Origin: Macrostomum hystrix
Taxonomy: Eukaryota; Animalia; Platyhelminthes
Direction of reading: 5' to 3'
Assembly (NCBI GenBank): GCA_950097015.1
Contig: CATNEN010000034.1
Location: 7,757,654-7,821,653 of the forward strand
DNA length: 64,000 bases
Part shown: piece after piece, positions 52,216 through 64,000 of the stretch
How the letters are laid out: the number at the start of each line of letters is the position of its first letter
Numbering within the stretch: the stretch's first letter is position 1
Notes under the pieces: model-generated
Told to the model about the DNA's origin: nothing
Seen by the model: the letters and a program-made list of their open reading frames with translations, nothing else
Databases searched by the model: none
Position numbers and translations under genes: made by a program

Positions 52216-54277
52216 TTCCCCTTCTGCCCACTTTTCCCCATCCGATATGATAATACATCTCTCGAGCTTCTCATTCTATTCTCAATACTAAAATTATTTA
52301 TTTTGTTTGCATCTGCTTCTAATTATCCCATGTTATATATATATACACAGAGTGGGATCCAGTTTGTTTTGTTTAGTTTTGTAATTCATTCACGTGGCTG
52401 CATGCTTTCGATCGGCGAAATTTTCAAATCTTTAAATTGATGTGATAATTTACTCAGTTTCACTCATTAATAACGCTTCAATTACTTTTCCTTTGCTTAC
52501 TCGTATAGTGCGAAATACGCAGGTAATACGTGCACTTTATTATAAATCAGTCATTAAACAAAATAAATGGAAGCCATTGTTCTCATTCTATCAACTTATT
52601 TTCTAAAAACTATAAAATGTTAGAGAGTCGCCTCTTTAGCATTCTTTGGAATTATTTTATGTAGTAGTGTGCGATATAAATTTCTAGGCAAATTAATGTA
52701 GATAATTAGAGAAGCTATAGCCATGAGCGAAAGAATACAAAACTAGGTGTTAAATTATACTACACTGCAGTAATGTTGGATGTCGAGTCAACAGTGCATG
52801 AATGAATCGGTTTTCGACCTTCTGCGAGCTTCTCGAAGCAAGGGATTTAGTCCCTCTGCCTGTATAGACGTGGCGTTAAGATTCTCAAGCTGGATGAATT
52901 TGAGCGCGCTAATTTGCTTAAGTCTGTACCAGCTGTATCAATTTAGTTCATTTGTTACTTCACAAAGAAGTTGTTGGCTTTATTTGTCCACCCGAATATT
53001 ACTTCGACTAATCAATTCGGAAAAGGCATGTGGTATCACGTCACGTATCTGAGAGATGGCAGTTGATTACACATCCCCCACTGTCCCGTTGGGGATCGAA
53101 TGTCCAGCTTTATCCGCACAGCAACTTGCCGGAATAACACAGCTACTCTACACCGTATGCTGTGCCGATAGTAGTTGCTGATTCCCATCTTCTATAAGTA
53201 AATTGATGCCGGGGATAAGCATTGCCCTGTGAGATATGAATTTAACTATAGCGGCTTTATTTTGTACAATTGTAACAAACTATCAGCCTTTTGCATTAGC
53301 TAATTAGTAATTTATAAATCAGACACTAAATAAAAACATTAAAGGCTTTTATTTAAGGATATAAGTGAGGCTGCTTGATCAGTAATATTTTGCAATACGT
53401 TTGTTAGAATTCTTGTAGCTTTTTGAAGCAAGGAATAATGACGAAAATCCACGAAAGGCCTGCCTGCGAGTCACAAAACGTGACAGAGCACTATTAATTA
53501 TTACTAGTGCATTAAAGCTACTTTAGAATGCTTGAGCTTAGTTTCTAGACTAGCTAAAAGTGTATATCGTCATTAACTCTTTATAATCTTAAAAGCATTA
53601 AGAGAAATAGCAGTATCTACGTTTTTTGTCAACATGGCGGTGCCAATGTCATTTGTGTTAAGAGTGCCAATTAGTACCCTTCAGTTTTTGTTGAATGCTT
53701 ACTGTTTTAAAGTTTTTTAATTTTATCTACTTAATATTCTACTAATTCTTAGATAAATTATACTCTTCATATTATTCATGAAAAACTTTTAAACTAGTCA
53801 ATCGACTTATCATACCATTGCTTATTTATTATTTGGCACTGGTCTAAAAATTCTTGATGCCATCTTTGTCACTATAAATTTAAATTCTGAGTGCCAAAAT
53901 TATAATCTTTATTTCAATTCACATTTCATGCAATGACACAAAAATCTAGTCAAGTCAAGTCTAGTAATTAATTCAAGAATAGAAGAGCTGTTAGCTTATT
54001 AAAAGTATAAAAAACCCTATTGGAATAGAATAAATGTCAAAAACCTGCAGATGCATGACACAGGTGTCAAAAATGTGGCTCCAAAGCATGACGCGACACA
54101 AAATGCTATAATAACCTAACCAACTAACTATGCTTATGCTTAAGGGCAGAGCTTATTCCCACAGTCCCGTGCTAATAATTTCAATTTTATCCACACAGAT
54201 CCATGCCGATAATTTTCTGCTTATCCACACGGCAGCTTGTATGAATAGGTCTAAAACTCTTTATATAAATATGCCAT

Positions 54278-54558
54278 CATACATGCGCAACCTCCCAAAT
54301 CTTAGCCGGCTGTGCAACTTAGTTTTTGCTCTCAATTGTGACTTAGTTCGTTTCATTGCTCTATTTACAACTTAGTTTGCTCTCATTTGCTCTCTTTTTC
54401 TCTCCCCTTTTTCCTTTTCTTCACGCCTTCCTTTTTTATCCCTTGGTCCCCCCTTTGATTTTTTTGCACTTGGTCAATTGGTTTTTGCGACTTACCTTGC
54501 TTGGCCCTCATTTCACCTAGCCAGTTTGGCCGGGTTGGCTGGGTGTTGCGCATGTATG
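54278..54558 (-). mobile_element. MITE-like element copy 2 (281 bp)
   Basis: Begins CATACATGCGCAAC and ends GTTGCGCATGTATG; shares internal blocks with copy 1 in opposite orientation (e.g. cttaccttgcttggccctcatttcacc, ctatttacaacttagtttgctct). Confidence 0.75.
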
Positions 54559-56204
54559 CTTAAGAGCGGCGATGCTCTGGCAATGCCCTGCAATGCGACA
54601 TGACACCATTTTGGTGTCATGTTGCAGCAAAATAGCAAAATATTTCATATCTTTGTTCACATAGCTTTATGATGGCTGTGGCGGAAAAGTACATTTTTAT
54701 TCAGCCCAAATGGTTTTTGTGCATTAAGTGAAAGCCGACTCACTTTTCACCCCGCTCTGCCCTGTCATGCAATGTACATCTGCTTGTGCCCTGGGCATCC
54801 TTCCCCACGCGTTCATTTCTATTCGCTTTATCTAAATAAATAACTCAAACCAGCGGCCTAGAGTGAGCGCTTGCTTTCTCTGAACAAACCCTAAAGAGAA
54901 AATCAATTAAGTTGTGTCAATTGCATTACAATGGCTTAGCATATGAATAAAAAAATTTTTATTCTACTATGTCCATGACTATCTATCATATAGATAAAGT
55001 ATATTTTACTAGGCCTTAAATTATTAATGTTCTTTGCTATCATTAGATGCAACACATTTCTTACAACTAATGTTATTAGCTATATGCCTAATCCAAGTGC
55101 ATTCAATAAAGTTTCCTATAAGTGTAAATCTAAAATGTGTGTGAACACCCTATTAGGCAGACAAGAGGTAACCATGGAACTAGCCATAGTTATAGTTTAA
55201 GCCTAATTTATATTTTTTACTATATGCAAAATTAAGTTTTTTTGTAACATGTATGCTAGTACATATCAAAGGCTGCCAAATGAAAGAAAAAAGAAAACTA
55301 GACTAGAAGTAAAACAAATTAAAATAAAATGTATAATTAATATTATATATATTTATTTTGATTATAAAATATACCAATATTATCACAATCATAAAAAGTG
55401 CCGGAAAACTTTATTTAAAGCCCTTTTTTCTTTCTATAGAACAATTAAGTGAATAAGTATTTTTCATTCTTTATTTTTTTTAATTTGTAAATATCTGTAA
55501 CTAAAACCAAATGTTTGTGTATGCTATAAACCAGCCAGCAACAGTGAGTCTTTGTTATACACAAATGTATGCCAACAGGGGTTTGCAACAGTGATTGTAT
55601 GCTAAACTAAATTAGATACAGTGAAATATATTAGAAAATATAGTGTGCCAAGTTAAAAGATATTCTAGAAAAAATTACTTTTTATGTAGCTAAAAAATAA
55701 CTTCTTCAGCCATGTTTGCTATTTTGTAAAAAAATATGTGGACATCCAATTAAGCCTGTAGTCATGCACATGTATGATGCTATCTTATTTATCCTATACG
55801 AGTATTAGGTGTCTGATCTTTGTGTCTAATGTGTCTATTATGCAGGAAAATTCTGAACCCAAATGTGCAAGGAAATCTATTAGCTGATGAGCATGCTTAC
55901 ACAAGATGTTGCTGGCATAATATAACTCATTTGCTCCAATTGAGGAATACATAGGTAAATAGTTGATTATAACAATATCATGTTGATTCTTGAACAGCAA
56001 AATCTAATTTTGGTTGATGTTAAATGCTAAGTTGTGAAGTTGTTAAAATCAGTTTTCAACTTTTCAAGAAGCAAATAGAAATTGAAGCAACATTTGTTAT
56101 TTTGATTTGAAGTGCTGATGCAACTGGCCTATGTTCAGGTGCAATGTGCAAGTAAATAAAAAATGCTAATTACTATTTTCAGAGAAAATCTGACAATTGT
56201 AAAC

Positions 56205-56725
56205 CCTAAGCTCTCTTGAAATCCCATCAGCTCTCTAGAAATCCCATTAACTTTAGAAATCCCATTAGATCTCTAGAAATCCCATCATCTCTTTAGAAAT
56301 CCCATCATCTCTTTAGAAATCCCATCAGATCTTTAGAAATGCCATCAGATCTTTAGAAATGCCTCAGATCTTTAGAAATGCCATCAGCTCTTTAGAAAAG
56401 TCATCAGATCTTTAGAAATGCCATCAGCTCTTTAGAAATCCCATCAAATTTAGAAATCCCATTAGATCTCTAGAAATCCCATCAGATCTTTAGAAATCCC
56501 ATCAGCTCTTTAGAAATCCCATCAGATCTTTAGAAATCCCATCAGTTCTTTAGAAATCCCATCAGATCTTTAGAAATCCTATCAGATCTTTAGAAATCCC
56601 ATCATATCTTTAGAAATCCCATCAGATCTTTAGAAATCCTGATAGCTCTCTAGAAATCCCATCAACTCTAGAAATCCTATTAGCTTCCTCAAAATCCCAC
56701 CAGCTTTCCAGAAGTCCTATCAGCT
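56205..56725. repeat. 20-bp minisatellite, about 25 copies, upstream of CK2 alpha
   Basis: Unit ctttagaaatcccatcagat with degenerate edges. Confidence 0.93.
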
Positions 56726-57014
56726 CAATAGGAGCTGTACTAAAATCGCCTCATTTGATTTAAGGTGCACCCCTGAAGTACTGCAAAAGTTAATCATAAA
56801 TCTTAGTAATATTTGAAAGCCATCAATTTTGAACATTGTTGCAGTTGCAGCTTTGCCAGGCTCTTTCGGTTCAACTGCCAGAGGCATTCTCGGGCTCGCG
56901 GCTGCAGCATTGAGGCCTGCGCATAAAACTATATTAATATCGCCAGCGATTCTCGGTGTTGCTAGTTTGAGTTATCAAATTCAGAGATTCATTACAACAA
57001 GCGCCAGCGTTGCT

Positions 57015-61667
<4,653 letters not shown>

Positions 61668-61952
61668 TGCGAAACTGCGACTAACTGGAAGCCCAACTGG
61701 AAGTTGGAAATTTTCGGTTGCGACCGTTGCAATTAGATTCGACTGCAAAATTAATTCGATGAAATAAGTCAACAATCGCGTTCTATTGCGTCAGTTGTCG
61801 ATTGCCTGTTACGAGCTACAATTGATCATCTGTATCATAAAATTAAAATGCTTTTTTTCTACTCGTATTATTAAAAAAATAGTTTGTTTTCGTTTGTTTA
61901 ATTCTGTCTACAAGCATAAACTTATGACAATGAAATCCCTTGTTTTTTTTTT

Positions 61953-61958
61953 AATAAA
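61953..61958 (+). promoter_or_regulatory. Candidate polyadenylation signal of CK2 alpha
   Basis: AATAAA about 290 nt after the probable stop, in an AT-rich 3' region; a second AATAAA lies at 62145-62150. Confidence 0.4.
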
Positions 61959-62234
61959 CAAATTTTTTCATGTAGAATGAATCTAGAATATGTTTCAATC
62001 GTTCTAATTGTACACTGCCTTGCGTCCTGAAAATTAGTTATGTTATTCATTAAAATACGAAATCATTCGTTGTCGTCTCCTCTCTCTATCTAGATCCGTC
62101 TTTCCCATGTCAGCTTTTTGTATAATTACTGTTTGTCTGTGAGTAATAAAATACTTACTAAAAACTCTCCAAGGCTTGTTACCTGAAAGTTAATGAAATA
62201 TTTACTGCAAGTTAACAGTACAACTAACAGCGGG

Positions 62235-63115
62235 TTTAACTGATGTAAACTGAAAGTTAACGACAGTTTACTGAAAGTTAACGAAACTTTACTGAAAGTT
62301 AACGAAACTTTACTGAAAGTTAACGAAAGTTTACTGAAAGTTAACGAAACTTTACTGAAAGTTAACGACAGTTTACTGAAAGTTAACGAAAGTTTACTGA
62401 AAGTTAACGAAAGTTTACTGAAAGTTAACGAAAGTTTACTGAAAGTTAACGAAAGTTTACTGAAGGTTAACGAAAGTTTACTGAAAGTTAACGAAATTGT
62501 AATGAAAGTTAACGACAGTTTACTGAAAGTTAACGAAACTTTACTGAAAGTTAACGACAGTTTACTGAAAGTTAACGAAACTTTACTGAAAGTTAACGAC
62601 AGTTTACTGAAAGTTAACGAAAGTTTACTGAAAGTTAACGACAGTTTACTGAAAGTTAACGACAGTTTACTGAAAGTTAACGAAAGTTTACTGAAAGTTA
62701 ACGAAAGTTTACTGAAAGTTAACGAAAGTTTACTGAAAGTTAACGAAAGTTTACTGAAGGTTAACGAAAGTTTACTGAAAGTTAACGAAAGTTTACTGAA
62801 AGTTAACGAAAGTTTACTGAAAGTTAACGAAAGTTTACTGAAGGTTAACGAAAGTTTACTGAAAGTTAACGAAATTGTAATGAAAGTTAACGAAAGTTTA
62901 CTGAAAGTTAACGAAATTGTACTGAATGTTAACGAAAGTTTACTGAAAGTTAATGAAATTGTACTGAAAGTTAACGAAAGTTTAACGGATGTTTACTGAA
63001 AGTTAAAGATCTAGATCCAGAAAGTTAAAGATGTTTGGTTAAGTTTAACGGATGGTTTACTTAAAGTTAACGAAATTTTACTTAAAGTTAACGTATGTTT
63101 TTCGAATGTTAACTG
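62235..63115. repeat. 21-bp minisatellite, about 40 copies
   Basis: Unit gaaagttaacgaaagtttact with degenerate edges. Confidence 0.95.
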
Positions 63116-63657
63116 ACGTTTGCTGACAACGGATGTTTACTGCTAGTTAATGGATGTCAACGGATGTTATAACGGGCTTATAATTACAAAAAGCCTCGGC
63201 AATAGTTTCACTTACAATAATCGAAGCTAAATTAGATTACTGCATATAGTTTATTGATCAGTTATCTGCTCACAGCACACTGACTGCTAAATGACTCATA
63301 CATAGATAGTATTTCCTCTTTCTGGTTTTCAGCACTCCTAGCACAACTAGCTCTTTACACCAACACCGCCTTTTCAATATTGCGACAAACGGCATTATGA
63401 AGAAATGTTTTATGTTTTATAAATGCAAGAAACTGTTACTAATTCGTTATTGAATTTCAGTTTCAGTATTACACGTGGATGAATCTCTTACTTGTTTTTG
63501 ATTTTATATCAAAATCATAACAGTCATAGGGTGTCTACCTTTTATTAGCATTAAGGTTATCAGAACATTTGGTGGGAGGGCTTTTGACAATCGCAGTAGA
63601 CAATCACATTTTTATTGTCATGTCATATTGTCATATTTTCATTGCCCTACAATCTAA

Positions 63658-63865
63658 GGAGTTGTTGTCTAGTGGTTAGAGCGTCGAGCTCGCGACTTAA
63701 TAGTCGTGGGTTCGATTCGTGACTCCAATTGAGCAGCTAGATATCCTTTATAGGAGGGGAATATGGGTACCAGCATTCCCCCCCCCCAGTCCATGGACTG
63801 AACAGCCGTACGCAGGCTTCACATGCGCAAGTCAGTAGCTGCGTAGGTGTAATCAACGAATCTGT
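63658..63865 (+). mobile_element. CORE-like SINE copy 4 with internal deletion
   Basis: gttgttgtctagtggttagagcgtc...gggttcgattc head, then atgggtaccagcatt and ccagtccatggactgaacagccgtacgcagg; most of the CORE segment is missing. Confidence 0.75.
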
Positions 63866-64000
63866 ACATTTCAGCTCTGGAAAACACAGCGATGACAGTG
63901 AACCACTGGAAGCTGCCATAGCTAAACTATAAAGACAGGTCATTGAAGCTACACTGGTTTGTTGAAAAATCAGCGCAGAGCAGACAAGCCCAAATAATGT

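Noticed and set aside
62502-62999. Heptad-repeat ORF (LLKVNES) resembling a coiled-coil protein
   Set aside because: A direct consequence of a 21-bp unit; no non-repetitive coding flanks or splice context.

Overview
Eukaryotic (metazoan) genomic DNA, not prokaryotic. GC-rich exons with polyQ inserts, short GT-AG introns and minisatellite-stuffed long introns suggest a flatworm such as Macrostomum (inference only). Three spliced genes were reconstructed by hand with consistent reading phase. (1) RIC1, the RAB6 GEF subunit: minus strand, 12 exons from ATG 11779 to about 2180, 3' end unresolved. (2) A 7-cadherin-repeat delta-type protocadherin: plus strand, 43236-51138, which needs a microexon to stay in frame and has a probable Pro-rich cassette exon. 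(3) Casein kinase II alpha: plus strand, 57015 to about 61667, C-terminus ambiguous. The window also holds about 24 tandem-repeat or low-complexity arrays with largely different units, four copies of a tRNA-headed CORE-like SINE, two copies of a ~280 bp MITE and a LINE RT fragment. The most striking pattern: every RIC1 and CK2a intron longer than ~800 nt is long only because of its own private minisatellite. Several repeat units also carry splice-site-like motifs, including a 30-mer in CK2a intron 1 that reads as tandem AG|ATCCTCAAG|GT (Ile-Leu-Lys) pseudo-microexons. Most long ORFs in the supplied track are artefacts of these arrays. Array boundaries are approximate.
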